Source: an uncultured Acidobacteriota bacterium
GTDB lineage: Bacteria > Acidobacteriota > Terriglobia > UBA7540
Direction of reading: 5' to 3'
NCBI GenBank assembly: GCA_963804995.1
Contig: CAWDSK010000009.1
Coordinates: 64,001-128,000, forward strand
DNA: 64,000 nucleotides
In this document: in pieces, positions 9,342 through 19,692 of the stretch
Position numbering within the stretch: the first letter of the stretch is position 1
Layout: each line of letters opens with the position of its first letter
Notes under the pieces: generated by a model
Database searches by the model: none
What the model saw: the letters and a program-made list of their open reading frames with translations, nothing else
What the model was told of the DNA's origin: nothing
Made by a program: the position numbers and the translations under genes

Positions 9342-10646
9342 TCACGCCGCGGCCTTCGTGGGCGTGTGGGAGCCCAGCCGCGCCAGTACGTACGGTCCTT
9401 CGGGAATGACGGCGACGCGCGCGTTTCTTTCCAGCGCCGCGGCAAGCGCCGCGACAGCTTCTTCAGCGCTTGGAAAGACCTTCCCCCAGACGCCGGAGTG
9501 GAATTCGCGCGGCAGGCCGGGCACGTAATAGAGAACTTCCGCGCGGGTAGTGACCAGGGCAAGCTTCTCGAGTTGCCACTGGTCCACAGTCACTGGCACA
9601 CCCTCAATCTTCTTCATGAAGGCGCGATCAGAGGAACCCTCTATAAGCATCCGCGCGAACTCAGGCCCGCCTACACCTTCCTCACACGCGGCAAGCAGCA
9701 GGATTTTTCCGCCCGGTTTCACAATATGTGACGCCGCCGTAATGCCTTTTACTGCCTGGTAGAAGGTCAAATCGAGGGGATACCCGGCCGCAGTGGTGAT
9801 CACCGCATCCACAGGTTTGTCGAACGTCTTGAGGATGACGCGCGAGACGAACTCAACCCCCCGCTGGTGCGCGGCGACGGGTTCGCCCGCAAAAACGCCG
9901 GCGATGGGGCGCCGCGGAGTCCCGCGGCCCAGGGCCACATCCACCAGAAAATCGTGGCGCGCGAGGCGGGAGATCTCCAGGAGCTCCTGATGCAGCGGGT
10001 TTTCTTCGATGGAGCCTTCCGCGGCGCGCGGGTCGCGCATGAAGCGGGGACTGTGCAGGACCTTGATGGTTTCTTGCGCGGCCAGGCCCGGGGCAATCAG
10101 CTTGCGCCCGCCGGAATAACCCAGCATTAAGTGCGGTTCGATGAATCCCAAAGTAATGTGGAGGTCTGCGGACATGAAGCGCTCATCGATGTAGACGGGC
10201 GTCCCCCCCGCCGTTTTTCCCAGGGAGCGATGCTCGGAGAGTTCGCGCGCGTGGTGATTCAGCACCCGGTAGCGGGCCGCGGTTTCCGGGCCACAAATCT
10301 CGCGAATCTCCGCCTCGCTGGCCGGCCGGTGGAGCCCCGTAGCGATCAGGATCGTGATGCTCTCGCGTGGAATGCCCGCTGCTTCGAGGCGAGCCAGCAC
10401 GGGAGGAAGCACCTCACGGTTCGGAGCCGGCCGCGTGATATCGCAAACGGAGATGGCGGCTGAGCGCTTACCGCGCGCCAACTCCAGGAGCGGCGGGGAG
10501 GCAATGGGCGCATCCAACGCCTTCTCGAGTGCGCCGGGGGCATCCTTAAGCGGGACAGCCGACCGCGCTTCCAGCACACGGTACTCGAACCCGTCCGGCA
10601 GGTCTAAGGTCAAACCCGATCGTCCAAAAGCGAAGTTTATGTTCAT
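9342..10646 (-). CDS. larA: nickel-dependent lactate racemase LarA family protein
   Basis: DITRPAP, ATGLHR, EPHLMLGYSGGRK, GYPLDLTFYQAVK. Confidence 0.85.
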   Translation of the reverse strand: MNINFAFGRSGLTLDLPDGFEYRVLEARSAVPLKDAPGALEKALDAPIASPPLLELARGKRSAAISVCDITRPAPNREVLPPVLARLEAAGIPRESITILIATGLHRPASEAEIREICGPETAARYRVLNHHARELSEHRSLGKTAGGTPVYIDERFMSADLHITLGFIEPHLMLGYSGGRKLIAPGLAAQETIKVLHSPRFMRDPRAAEGSIEENPLHQELLEISRLARHDFLVDVALGRGTPRRPIAGVFAGEPVAAHQRGVEFVSRVILKTFDKPVDAVITTAAGYPLDLTFYQAVKGITAASHIVKPGGKILLLAACEEGVGGPEFARMLIEGSSDRAFMKKIEGVPVTVDQWQLEKLALVTTRAEVLYYVPGLPREFHSGVWGKVFPSAEEAVAALAAALERNARVAVIPEGPYVLARLGSHTPTKAAA

Positions 10647-10859
10647 GATGCCATTGTATCGCGAAGGACCGTTTGCTGCCCGGCAAGTAGGAGATTAAGG
10701 CCCTCACTTTTCCCAATCACCCTGGGGGGCAGTGGACTCGCCAAGGTCGCAGGGTTGGTTGAGAGGATTTCAGGTTTCGTGTATAATGGCGTTCCTCTAT
10801 CGACATCACTCTGGCGGGTTCTGGTGATGCGCGAGGCAAATCACCCCGAGGAGACTTTC

Positions 10860-12269
10860 ATGCGCCGAATCGCCGTAATCCTGGTGGGCTTGGTTCTTGC
10901 CACAGCAGTCTTGCCCCTAGCTCCGAAAGGTTCGCAACCCGATCCGCGTTTAAAGGGAGCCTTTCGCAAGCCCGCGCAGAATGGCTGGACGTTGGTGCAC
11001 CTCGAGGGGACGCCGTCCGAAATCGGGTTCCAACACGGATACCTGCTGGCTAAGGAGATTCTCGACGCGGAAAAGGTCATTGCCCTTGAGCAGATTCATG
11101 ACAGCAACAAGGATTGGAAGTTTTTCCGTGATGCTGCCAAGAACATGATGTGGCCCCACATCGAACCGGAGTATCGAGAGGAGCTGGAAGGCATTGTCGC
11201 TGGCCTGAAAGCCCAAGGTGTAAACCTGGACGTGTGGGATGTGGTGGGGCTGAATGCGGCGATGGAATGGCCCTACTACGTGAAAGAGTATGACAAGCAA
11301 CACGCCGCTTCCCCCTCCTCGTTTCTGACCGTGCCGGAGCATTGCAGCGCCTTTGTCGCCACGGGTAGTTACACGAAGGATGGAAAGGTCATCATCGCGC
11401 ACAACAACTGGACGAGCTACCTGGAGGGCGCCCGCTGGACCTTCATCTTTGACGTCGCTCCCGGCAAGGGCAATCGCTTCCTGATGGACGCCCTGCCCGG
11501 CTTCATTCATAGCGGTGATGATTTTGGGATTAACTCTGCGGGAATAATGATTACGGAGACTACCATCACTCATTTTTCGGGCTACGACCCCAAGGGCATC
11601 CCAGAGTTCGTCCGAGCCCGCAAGGCTATGCAATACTCCTCTTCGATTGATGACTTCGCGCAAATTATGAAGGAAGGCAATAACGGTGGATACGCCAACA
11701 CCTGGCTGGTGGCAGACCGGAAAACCAATGAAATTGCCAGCCTCGAATTGGGACTCAAGAACGTGACTCTGCTCCGCAAGAAAGACGGTTATTTTGTGGG
11801 CTCAAATTTCCCCGCCAACCCGAAACTCATTCAAGAGGAAACGAATTTTGATCCGCAAGACCTGCAACAAAGCTGCCTTGCCCGCCACGTGCGCTGGGAC
11901 CAGTTGATGGCCGAGTACAAGGGAAAGATTGATGTCGCCGCGGCCGAACGCTTCCTGGCAGACCACTATGACACCTTCGACAAGAAAGAGGAGCCGGACG
12001 AGCGCACCCTCGACGGCCACGTCGATCTCTCATCACGTGGCCAGGTTGGGTGGCAGCCGCCCTATGGAACAGCCGGGGCGGTTCAAAACAAGGTCGCGGA
12101 CGCAGCCATGGCCGAACACATGTCCATTAGCGTCGCAGCGGGCCACGCCTGCGGCCTCAATTTCAAAGCCGCCGAGCACCTCGCGAAACATCCCGAATAT
12201 TCGTGGGAGAAGTCCTTGCTGCGCGACATGGATGCATATCCCTGGACGACGTTTTCCATCGCCCATTAA
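10860..12269 (+). CDS. secreted Ntn-hydrolase (peptidase C45 / phospholipase B-like)
   Basis: Signal peptide, HCSAF autoproteolytic Cys, AHNNW, SGDDF, NNGGYAN. Confidence 0.82.
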   Translation: MRRIAVILVGLVLATAVLPLAPKGSQPDPRLKGAFRKPAQNGWTLVHLEGTPSEIGFQHGYLLAKEILDAEKVIALEQIHDSNKDWKFFRDAAKNMMWPHIEPEYREELEGIVAGLKAQGVNLDVWDVVGLNAAMEWPYYVKEYDKQHAASPSSFLTVPEHCSAFVATGSYTKDGKVIIAHNNWTSYLEGARWTFIFDVAPGKGNRFLMDALPGFIHSGDDFGINSAGIMITETTITHFSGYDPKGIPEFVRARKAMQYSSSIDDFAQIMKEGNNGGYANTWLVADRKTNEIASLELGLKNVTLLRKKDGYFVGSNFPANPKLIQEETNFDPQDLQQSCLARHVRWDQLMAEYKGKIDVAAAERFLADHYDTFDKKEEPDERTLDGHVDLSSRGQVGWQPPYGTAGAVQNKVADAAMAEHMSISVAAGHACGLNFKAAEHLAKHPEYSWEKSLLRDMDAYPWTTFSIAH

Positions 12270-12365
12270 CAGGGGCAACTGCCCCTTTTTCCCAAACTCC
12301 TGCCCACCTTAGACCCTATCTATCGGGGTGCCCTGTGGTTGGAACGGCCTGCAGGTGATCAAGTT

Positions 12366-13220
12366 TTAGTGTACGGGTTCGGCGATCTCGGGAGAGTGGT
12401 CTGTAACCCGGGCAGGCTGCGTCATGCGATAGAGGTGGTTCAGAGGAAGGTTACCCGGTCCGACCGGGAAGGCCTTGCGGATTGCTTCGGCGACAAATGC
12501 CTTGGCCAGCACCACGGCATCGCGCAATTGGCGCCCCAGGGCGAGGTTTGCTGCCACAGCGGAAGAAAACGTGCATCCCGTTCCATGCGTGTTATCTGGC
12601 TTGATGCGGTCGCCCACAAACGACTCCATCTCGGTGCCATCGAAAAAGACATCGATAGCTTTCTCGAGATGCCCGCCAGTCACCACCACGGCGCGCGCAC
12701 CCATTTCGACCAGTTTGCGCGCTGCAGCCTTCATGCCATCCAGATTATCGACCTGCAGGTCTGTGAGGGCGGCGGCTTCATCCAGATTGGGCGTTACCAG
12801 CGAAACGCGGGAAAGCAGTTTTCGCCGGAGGAACTCCAGGCCCGCCGCATCCAGCAACTCGACTTCATTCCGAGAACGCACGATCGGATCGAGCACGGCA
12901 GGTAGGGTGGGATTGGCGTCAAGAACCTCGCGCACGACTTCGGCCATGGCCGCGTTATAGAGCATGCCGATTTTAAGTGCCTTCACTCGCCCGTCAGCCA
13001 GAAGGGATTGAATCGACTCCCGTAGAACCTTCGGCCCCACGGGGTGGACCGCCGCCACTCCCTGGCTATTCTGAACCGTCAAAGCAGTGATCGCGGCCAC
13101 GCCGTAACAATTGTGGGCGGCGAAGGTTTTGAGGTCCGCGGCGATTCCGGCGCCGGCCGAGGGATCAAATCCGGCGACACTAAGCACTACCGGCCACGCT
13201 GCGTTAAGCGGTTGATTCAT
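12366..13220 (-). CDS. thiD: hydroxymethylpyrimidine/phosphomethylpyrimidine kinase
   Basis: AGFDPSAGAGIAADLKT, KIGML, TPNLDEA, THGTGCT. Confidence 0.93.
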   Translation of the reverse strand: MNQPLNAAWPVVLSVAGFDPSAGAGIAADLKTFAAHNCYGVAAITALTVQNSQGVAAVHPVGPKVLRESIQSLLADGRVKALKIGMLYNAAMAEVVREVLDANPTLPAVLDPIVRSRNEVELLDAAGLEFLRRKLLSRVSLVTPNLDEAAALTDLQVDNLDGMKAAARKLVEMGARAVVVTGGHLEKAIDVFFDGTEMESFVGDRIKPDNTHGTGCTFSSAVAANLALGRQLRDAVVLAKAFVAEAIRKAFPVGPGNLPLNHLYRMTQPARVTDHSPEIAEPVH

Positions 13221-13329
13221 TTCCTTCGTATTTTCCTCTGGCCTGGAGCGAAACTTTCCTCGATTATAGGGGCGCCCGCCTGGTTGTCAACAGTGAATTC
13301 CGGACTCTCCCACCAATGTTACAGGCGTG

Positions 13330-14385
13330 TTACCGGCCATTTCCTTCGACATTCATTTCAGTGTCGGATTGGATTTCGAGTTTAGCCGGCTGCGCGGTGA
13401 GTAGAGGAAGCCCTGACTTCCCCTCCAAGTGCGCGTTAAGTGTCTGGTGCAGCGTTGAGTGATTCTGAAGCACCCTGCCATCATCGAGCGCCACCAGAAC
13501 TCGTCCTTTCCCCTGACCCTTGATCTGAATTTCGAGATGCATTCCCATGGCTTCCAATTGTGGAAGTGCTCCACCCCGGCGCATGCCCGCCAGGGCAGGA
13601 GTGAGCGAATTCTCAAAGTGATACTCCACAATACCCGCCTTCACGCCCTGGTACCGGGTCTTACCGGAAAAGCGCAAGACACTTGTTCCTTGCACCTGGA
13701 ACGGGTAATCCTCCCGGGGGTCGGAGTCGAGCTTCTGGATCCACTCTTCGCCTCGTTTCACGGGGTGGGCAGGATAAAGCGCCTGACCTCCCATCTGCTC
13801 CAGAAAGAGCCTCAGCATCTGGTGGAGGGGTTCTCGAAGTGGGGGATCAAGTTGCTGCAAGAGATCGTCGGCGCCTTCGAACCCCGCAAGCTGGCCCTTG
13901 GAGTCGTAGTGAACCGTCAGCATGTGCCCGGACATCTGCTGGGCAAACTCCTCCTGGGCTTGCTTCGCAGAATTTCGCAACTCTTCCGGGAGGGCCGCAA
14001 GGTCGCTCTGCAATTCAAACCGATCAAAGCGTTGCTGCAAATCCGCGGCGCCATCCGCATGCACGGCAGCGACCGTGACGGTATTCTGCTGGCGCATCGT
14101 TAAGTCCGCGGGGACGGGTGGGAAAAAGTTTTTCAAGGCCGGTGGATTGGAATCGATTTGCGCACGGGTGCGGACTTCCGTGGCGTAGACCATGCTCTGC
14201 CCGGCGCGATATTGGCGAGCCAGCTTGACCTTGCCTCCCCAACCCAGCGCCGCAGAGCCATGGGCAAGGACCCCCAGCACAAGGGCAGCCACCACCAGGC
14301 GCCCGGGAAGACACAGAGGTTTCCGCAGCGGCTGAAAGGGGGACGAAAAGACTTGAGCCCTCACCCGCGCATCAAGAAGCAACAT
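13330..14385 (-). CDS. hypothetical exported beta-rich protein
   Basis: Long ORF with a hydrophobic signal-like segment; start uncertain. Confidence 0.65.
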   Translation of the reverse strand: MLLLDARVRAQVFSSPFQPLRKPLCLPGRLVVAALVLGVLAHGSAALGWGGKVKLARQYRAGQSMVYATEVRTRAQIDSNPPALKNFFPPVPADLTMRQQNTVTVAAVHADGAADLQQRFDRFELQSDLAALPEELRNSAKQAQEEFAQQMSGHMLTVHYDSKGQLAGFEGADDLLQQLDPPLREPLHQMLRLFLEQMGGQALYPAHPVKRGEEWIQKLDSDPREDYPFQVQGTSVLRFSGKTRYQGVKAGIVEYHFENSLTPALAGMRRGGALPQLEAMGMHLEIQIKGQGKGRVLVALDDGRVLQNHSTLHQTLNAHLEGKSGLPLLTAQPAKLEIQSDTEMNVEGNGR

Positions 14386-14677
14386 GGGCTGGATCCTTTT
14401 GGTATTGTTCCAAACACTCGCGCGAACAAAAGTGAAGCGTTTCCGAGCCCCGCATGAGTTGGTGGGAAAGTTCGGTGGAAACAAAGATGCCACAAACCGG
14501 GTCGCGCGCCGTGGCACTACGGTGAGCAACCGCGGGTTGGCGCGGTTGTGCCCTGACTCCTGAGGAGCCCACGTGGATCCGGGTAGAACTGAATGCGGAT
14601 CGAATGCTCCGGAACATGGCCTTGAGGAAGAGCACCAGGGCGATAAGCTCAAGAGCGTCCATCAGAAAACTTCCCAT
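14372..14677 (-). CDS. YHS/TRASH domain membrane-anchored protein
   Basis: DPVCG...HFCSRECL. Confidence 0.85.
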   Translation of the reverse strand: MGSFLMDALELIALVLFLKAMFRSIRSAFSSTRIHVGSSGVRAQPRQPAVAHRSATARDPVCGIFVSTELSHQLMRGSETLHFCSRECLEQYQKDPAHVAS

Positions 14678-14719
14678 AAGGGGTCAGACGGCCTTTCAAG
14701 CCGGGGAGATGCCTGTGAT

Positions 14720-15364
14720 TTAGCGCTGCGGTCCCGCGCCACTGGAGGTGCGGGCCGCGTCAAGCTTCTCTTTCAAACCTGCAAGGGCAGGATGATTGGG
14801 ATTCAATTTGTGCAATTCATCCCAGGCTTTTTGCGCTGCGGCGACATCGTGCGTGCCATCCAGGTTTACGACGATGGTGTTGAGCAGGGTAGGTTCGTGC
14901 TTCGGATCAATCTTCAGCGACTTGCGGTATTCCTGCAAGGCATCCTGGGGCCGCCCGGTGTAGAAAAACGCCGTACCTAAATCCGTCCGTGCGTTTACGT
15001 TGTTCGGTTCGAGCTCCAAAGCACGCTCATACCACTCGATGCTCTGTGTGTATTGCCTTTGATCATACAAAAAGTTGGCGAGCTTCAGGCGGATTTCAGC
15101 GTCCTTAGGATTCTGTGCTGCCATTTCCTGCATCTGTTTGATGACCGCCCCGCTATCGATAGGGGGATGGCCTTCCGGCAAGCTCTGCGCATTCGGCCCC
15201 CCCATGGGCGGAGGGTTCGTGCCGGCAGGGGGCATACCCGGAGCCATGCCGGTTTGCGCCGGCTTTTGGCGGGCGTTCCAGTTCATTTGGTCGTTGGTGA
15301 TATAGCCCGCCAGAAAACCCACCGCCAAAAAGATTACCGCCGTTGCAATCGTTTCCTTTTTCAT
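14720..15364 (-). CDS. membrane-anchored TPR protein
   Basis: N-terminal TM helix, LPEGHPPI motif, TPR repeats. Confidence 0.85.
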   Translation of the reverse strand: MKKETIATAVIFLAVGFLAGYITNDQMNWNARQKPAQTGMAPGMPPAGTNPPPMGGPNAQSLPEGHPPIDSGAVIKQMQEMAAQNPKDAEIRLKLANFLYDQRQYTQSIEWYERALELEPNNVNARTDLGTAFFYTGRPQDALQEYRKSLKIDPKHEPTLLNTIVVNLDGTHDVAAAQKAWDELHKLNPNHPALAGLKEKLDAARTSSGAGPQR

Positions 15365-15525
15365 TGGCCCCTCTCCCCTGGATAGAGGGAAAGTCTAATG
15401 GACTCATGCAGGAGCGTCAAGTTAATCGGGTCATTTGGCCATCGGGTTATCGAGCCATTGAAAAAATCGGGGCATTTGAAATTGATCAAGGAATCCCTGA
15501 TCTGATGGCCAGATCGCTCAATGAC

Positions 15526-16011
15526 TCAAGGGCCCGATGATCCGATCTTCTTGGGCTTCCACTGCTCGAAGAAACCTCTGATGCTCTCGTAGCTCATATG
15601 ACGGGCGTCGGCGAATTGGCCTTGGTCCATCGCATAGAGGAGGCGCCCACTTGAATCCAACACAGCCAGGGCGGGGACACCGTGTTTGACGGGGACATGG
15701 TATTTCTCCGCCAGGTCCAGGTTCTTATCGTAGCGACCCACGTCTACCTTCACGATGACGAACTTCTCTTCGAGGAGGGAAGCCAACTCAGCTTTATGCA
15801 TATGCGCATCCAGCGCATAACAATCTGGTCACCAGTTGGCGCCGAAGATGAGCACGACATTTTTCCTGCTCTTCGCCGCTTTCGCAATTGCCATCGAGAC
15901 GTCGCGCTGCGCATCCGCCTTCTCGTCATACAGCGCTTCGGTGGCCCCCTTTAGCGCGCCGCTGAAGACCAGCATAGCCAGGATCGGAAGTCCATACCTT
16001 TTGGCATTCAT
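15526..16011 (-). CDS. secreted thioredoxin-like selenoprotein (UxxC)
   Basis: ORFs 15829-16035 and 15526-15801 are one frame: FGANW-TGA-PDCYALD; TGA at the first Cys of a WCPDC motif; SECIS-like hairpin follows. Confidence 0.82.
15801..15819 (-). promoter_or_regulatory. candidate bacterial SECIS element
   Basis: TATGCGC-TGGAT-GCGCATA; loop begins 16 nt after UGA with G at loop position 2. Confidence 0.7.
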
Positions 16012-16241
16012 CCGCGTTCCTCCGCCCTCCATCATATCGCAAGTTTTTCAAAATTCGATGCGGCCGTCGGTGCTGTCCTAATTTCAAACGTAGCGCCGGC
16101 TTCCAGCCGGCATGGAGCCCCGATGAATCGGGGCGCTACGTTCAAATTAGACAGCACCCGGCTGTCGCTCGCTACCCACCGGCGGAGCGGCTGTGATAGC
16201 ATCAGCATACAGGATGAGATAGAAAGGAAGCTGAATCTCCG

Positions 16242-17195
16242 ATGGAATACACCGGACAGGCGGCATCCCGGTTCCACTTTGCCGACATCCTTTACGAGAA
16301 GAAGGATGGCATTGCGCGCATCACGCTGAATCGTGCGGAAGTGTATAACGCCCACTCCTCCGACACCCTCCGCGAGATGACGGAGGCCTTTCACGATGTG
16401 GAGCTGGACGATTCTGTGGGGGTCGTGGTTCTAACGGGCGCCGGCGACAAGGCATTTTGCGCCGGAAGCGACGCCCAGGAATTTTCCCGGGAGTTCCTGC
16501 AACGTCCGCGCAACTTTTGGAAGTATCAGGGATTACTTTCGGAAGCTCTGGATCTGTTTCGCCACTTGGGCAAGCCGACCATCGCGCGCCTGAACGGTGT
16601 GGTGGCGGGCGGCGGAAACGACTGGAATCTGGCTGCAGACCTGGCGATTGCGGCCGACCATGTGCGCTTCATGCAGGTGGGGACGCGCGTCGGGCTGGTG
16701 GACGCCTGGGGAGCCACCCAGTGGCTGCCGCTGGTCATCGGCGAGCGGCGGGCGCGGGAGATGCTTCTGACCTGCGATGAAATCACCGCGGAGCAGGCGC
16801 TCAATTGGGGGCTGGTCAATCAAGTTGTCCCCCTGAAGCAGCTCGACAAAGCGGTGCAGGCTTTGGCCAAGAAGTTGATCCAGAAGTTCCCCGAATGCAC
16901 GCGCTACACGCGCCAGCAGTTGGACACCTGGAAGGATCTGGCGTGGACGCTCACCACGGGCCACGCCCGAGATTGGCTGGCCGTTCACGCCACTTCCCGG
17001 GAGCCTTATGAGGGAATCCAGGCTTTCATCGAAAAGCGCCCTGCTGACACCAAGAACCTTCGGGACCTGGCGGCGGCGGGAAAATCCAGCGAATTCCTTT
17101 GGGGCGCCCCCACGCGGAAGTGCTCGGAGTGCGGGGCCAAGGGTATTCCTGAAAAGTTTGACTATTGCGGCAAATGCGGCGGTAAACTGAAGTAA
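16242..17195 (+). CDS. crotonase-family hydrolase (Oah/BamA- or MenB-like) with C-terminal zinc ribbon
   Basis: AFCAG, KPTIARLNGVVAGGG, GATQWLP, CSECG...YCGKCG. Confidence 0.8.
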   Translation: MEYTGQAASRFHFADILYEKKDGIARITLNRAEVYNAHSSDTLREMTEAFHDVELDDSVGVVVLTGAGDKAFCAGSDAQEFSREFLQRPRNFWKYQGLLSEALDLFRHLGKPTIARLNGVVAGGGNDWNLAADLAIAADHVRFMQVGTRVGLVDAWGATQWLPLVIGERRAREMLLTCDEITAEQALNWGLVNQVVPLKQLDKAVQALAKKLIQKFPECTRYTRQQLDTWKDLAWTLTTGHARDWLAVHATSREPYEGIQAFIEKRPADTKNLRDLAAAGKSSEFLWGAPTRKCSECGAKGIPEKFDYCGKCGGKLK

Positions 17196-17198
17196 AGT

Positions 17199-17350
17199 CG
17201 GGACACGGGTTACGGGACACGGGTTACGGGATACGGGTTTAGGGATCAGGAATTCAGGATTCGGGTGAAGGTCCGATTCCTGCACTGCCATCGATCCCGT
17301 GTAAGCCTACAAATCGGTCGCTAACCCGTATCCCGTGTCCCGTATTCTGA
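17199..17350. repeat. Heptamer tandem repeat (CGGGWYA)n plus inverted copy
   Basis: cgggacacgggttacgggacacgggttacgggatacggg ... taacccgtatcccgtgtcccg. Confidence 0.85.
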
Positions 17351-17363
17351 ATTGGAGGACGCC

Positions 17364-18194
17364 ATGGCGGACGACCCAGTTGTAGAAAACCTCGAGGGAG
17401 CGAGAATACCGGCGAAGAAAGAATTCAAATTCATCCGCTGGGATGACTCGGGGATAGTGGCGCACCTCACCCTGAATCGGCCCAAGCAAAACATCATGAA
17501 CCTTGAGATGGTCCAGGAAATCGGGATCGCCATTGAAAGCCTCTCCTTCCGCGAGGACGTCCGCATGATCCTCCTGGACGCCGCGCCGGAGTGTGAGGGC
17601 TACTTCTCCCTGGGAGTGGGTGCGGAGGGGTACACCTCGCAGTTGGTCTTTCAGATGATGGACGCATTCCACGGCGTCTTTCGCATTATGAATGAACTAT
17701 CCAAACCCGTGCTCGCCGTCGTGGATGGGGTGGCCTCTGGCGCCGGCGCGGAGTTGGCGACCTTCTGCGACCTGGTGGTTGCCTCCGAGATTGCGCAGTT
17801 TCGCCAGCCTGAAATCAAGCTGGGAGTGTTTCCGCCCATGGGCGCGGTGGTTTACCCGCGCGTCATTGGGCCGCATCGTGCCATGGAACTACTCCTTACC
17901 GGAGAGCCCATCACCGCATCGCAAGCACTCCATATGGGTTTGGTCAATCGCGTAGTGCCGCGCAAGAAACTGAAGGAAACCGTCGATGCCCTGGTAAAGC
18001 GTATCTCCGCTCAAAGCGGTCCGGTGCTAACCTTGCTCAAGCGCGTAATTTTCGAAGGCACGTGGCGGACCTTTGATGAGGCGCTCAAGCGATCTCAGAA
18101 CCTCTACTTGAACCAGTTGTTTGATCTTGAGGATTCCAAGGAAGGCCTGCTGGCACTCGTCCAGAAGCGCAAGCCTGTCTGGAAGAATAAATAG
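17364..18194 (+). CDS. enoyl-CoA hydratase (Dch-like)
   Basis: LTLNRPKQN, GAGAELA, QPEIKLGVFPP. Confidence 0.85.
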   Translation: MADDPVVENLEGARIPAKKEFKFIRWDDSGIVAHLTLNRPKQNIMNLEMVQEIGIAIESLSFREDVRMILLDAAPECEGYFSLGVGAEGYTSQLVFQMMDAFHGVFRIMNELSKPVLAVVDGVASGAGAELATFCDLVVASEIAQFRQPEIKLGVFPPMGAVVYPRVIGPHRAMELLLTGEPITASQALHMGLVNRVVPRKKLKETVDALVKRISAQSGPVLTLLKRVIFEGTWRTFDEALKRSQNLYLNQLFDLEDSKEGLLALVQKRKPVWKNK

Positions 18195-18307
18195 GGCAGT
18201 TACGAGGAACCGAAAACCGATATTCGAAATGCGAAACTCGCAGCGGTTGTCGAGCTTCGAGTTTCAAATTGCGGCCTTTGCCGGCTTGTCACTCCTCACG
18301 AGGGCCG

Positions 18308-19573
18308 TCACGCGGGGCGATCGAAAAAAGCTTCGGTGCGTTTGCGGTATTTGTAGGCGACGCCTTCATCCAGTTCGATTCCCAGACCCGGTTTGTCGGG
18401 CACACGAACATAACCCTTCTCAATCAGCGGTCCGCGACGGCCTTTGATGAGCTCGTCGAAAAACGGAACGCTCGCGGCGTGCCACTCGAGCGCCAGGAAA
18501 TTTGGGATCGCGGCCGCGAGATGCACCGAGGCCATGGTCCCGATCGGCCCCGAGATGTTGTGGGGGGCCAACTGGACGTAATGAACTTCCGCCATGTCTG
18601 CGATGCGTCGCCCCTCCAGCAATCCACCCACTTTCTGGAAATCCGGCGCCAGAATATCCACGGCCTCGCGCTCCAACAACTCGCGAAAGTGATGCCGCTG
18701 GTAATGGTGTTCGCCGGTGGCGATGGGGGTGGAGGTTGCAGAAGTCACTCGTCCAATGGCGTCGTTGTTTTCGGGCGGGACGGGATCTTCCAGCCAGATT
18801 AAGTCATAGGGCTCGCAGGCGCGCGCCAGGCGGATGGCGTCGTTCACACCGTAGTTCCAATGACAGTCAATCGCCAGGTCCACATCCTTGCCCAGCGCCT
18901 TGCGGAGCGTCGCCACCAGCCCCACCATGGTTTCGATCTCACCCCGGGTGAGGGCGCGATTGTAATCGTCGAGTGAGTATTCCGTGGGGACGTCCACATC
19001 AAATTTCAGCGCGGTAAAGCCGCGGCGTTTCATTTCCACGGCACGGCGTGCGAAATCCTGGGGGCGCAACTCCTTGGCCTCGGACTTCTGACCGCCATGG
19101 AATTTCGGGCTGATTTCCGCACGTGCCTGCGACTTTTTCTTTGCCTGGGCCATCCAGGCGGGATGGCGCGGCTGGAGCACGGGTGAGAGGCTGGTAAGGC
19201 CCTTGCCGGCGTGGCAGTCGGCATAGATGCGCACCCGGTCGCGGTACTTGCCTCCCAGGAATTGGTAGATGGGGAGGTTCGAGGCCTTGCCCACAATATC
19301 CCACAGAGCCGTCTCAACTCCACTGATGGCGTGGTAACCCATCCCTGCCGTTCCCGTCGCAATCAGCGCGGTCCGCATGAGCCGGCAGAGGCGATCCACA
19401 TCGCGCGGGTCCTCACCAGGAAGGAAATCGTTGAGCTCACGCATCAGGGCCGTGAGGCCGGGAGCGAAGAAGGCTTCACCCCAGCCGATCAGTCCCTGGT
19501 CGGTATGGACCTTGACAATCGTCCAGTCGAAATTGGCTTCGATGACGGCGGTCTCGATTTTAGTGATGCGCAT
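18308..19573 (-). CDS. mandelate racemase/muconate lactonizing enzyme family (sugar-acid dehydratase-like)
   Basis: KFD, DCHW, WLEDP, TGEH, PHN motifs. Confidence 0.9.
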   Translation of the reverse strand: MRITKIETAVIEANFDWTIVKVHTDQGLIGWGEAFFAPGLTALMRELNDFLPGEDPRDVDRLCRLMRTALIATGTAGMGYHAISGVETALWDIVGKASNLPIYQFLGGKYRDRVRIYADCHAGKGLTSLSPVLQPRHPAWMAQAKKKSQARAEISPKFHGGQKSEAKELRPQDFARRAVEMKRRGFTALKFDVDVPTEYSLDDYNRALTRGEIETMVGLVATLRKALGKDVDLAIDCHWNYGVNDAIRLARACEPYDLIWLEDPVPPENNDAIGRVTSATSTPIATGEHHYQRHHFRELLEREAVDILAPDFQKVGGLLEGRRIADMAEVHYVQLAPHNISGPIGTMASVHLAAAIPNFLALEWHAASVPFFDELIKGRRGPLIEKGYVRVPDKPGLGIELDEGVAYKYRKRTEAFFDRPA

Positions 19574-19692
19574 AAAGGCGGCCTGTCCTCCACCCCTCGC
19601 GGCCACGCACGACACGAGCGCATACTTCCACAGGAAAACGCCGCGGGCCGGTAGAATCAAAGTCAATTATCGGGGCACGAGTGGGAATTCGA

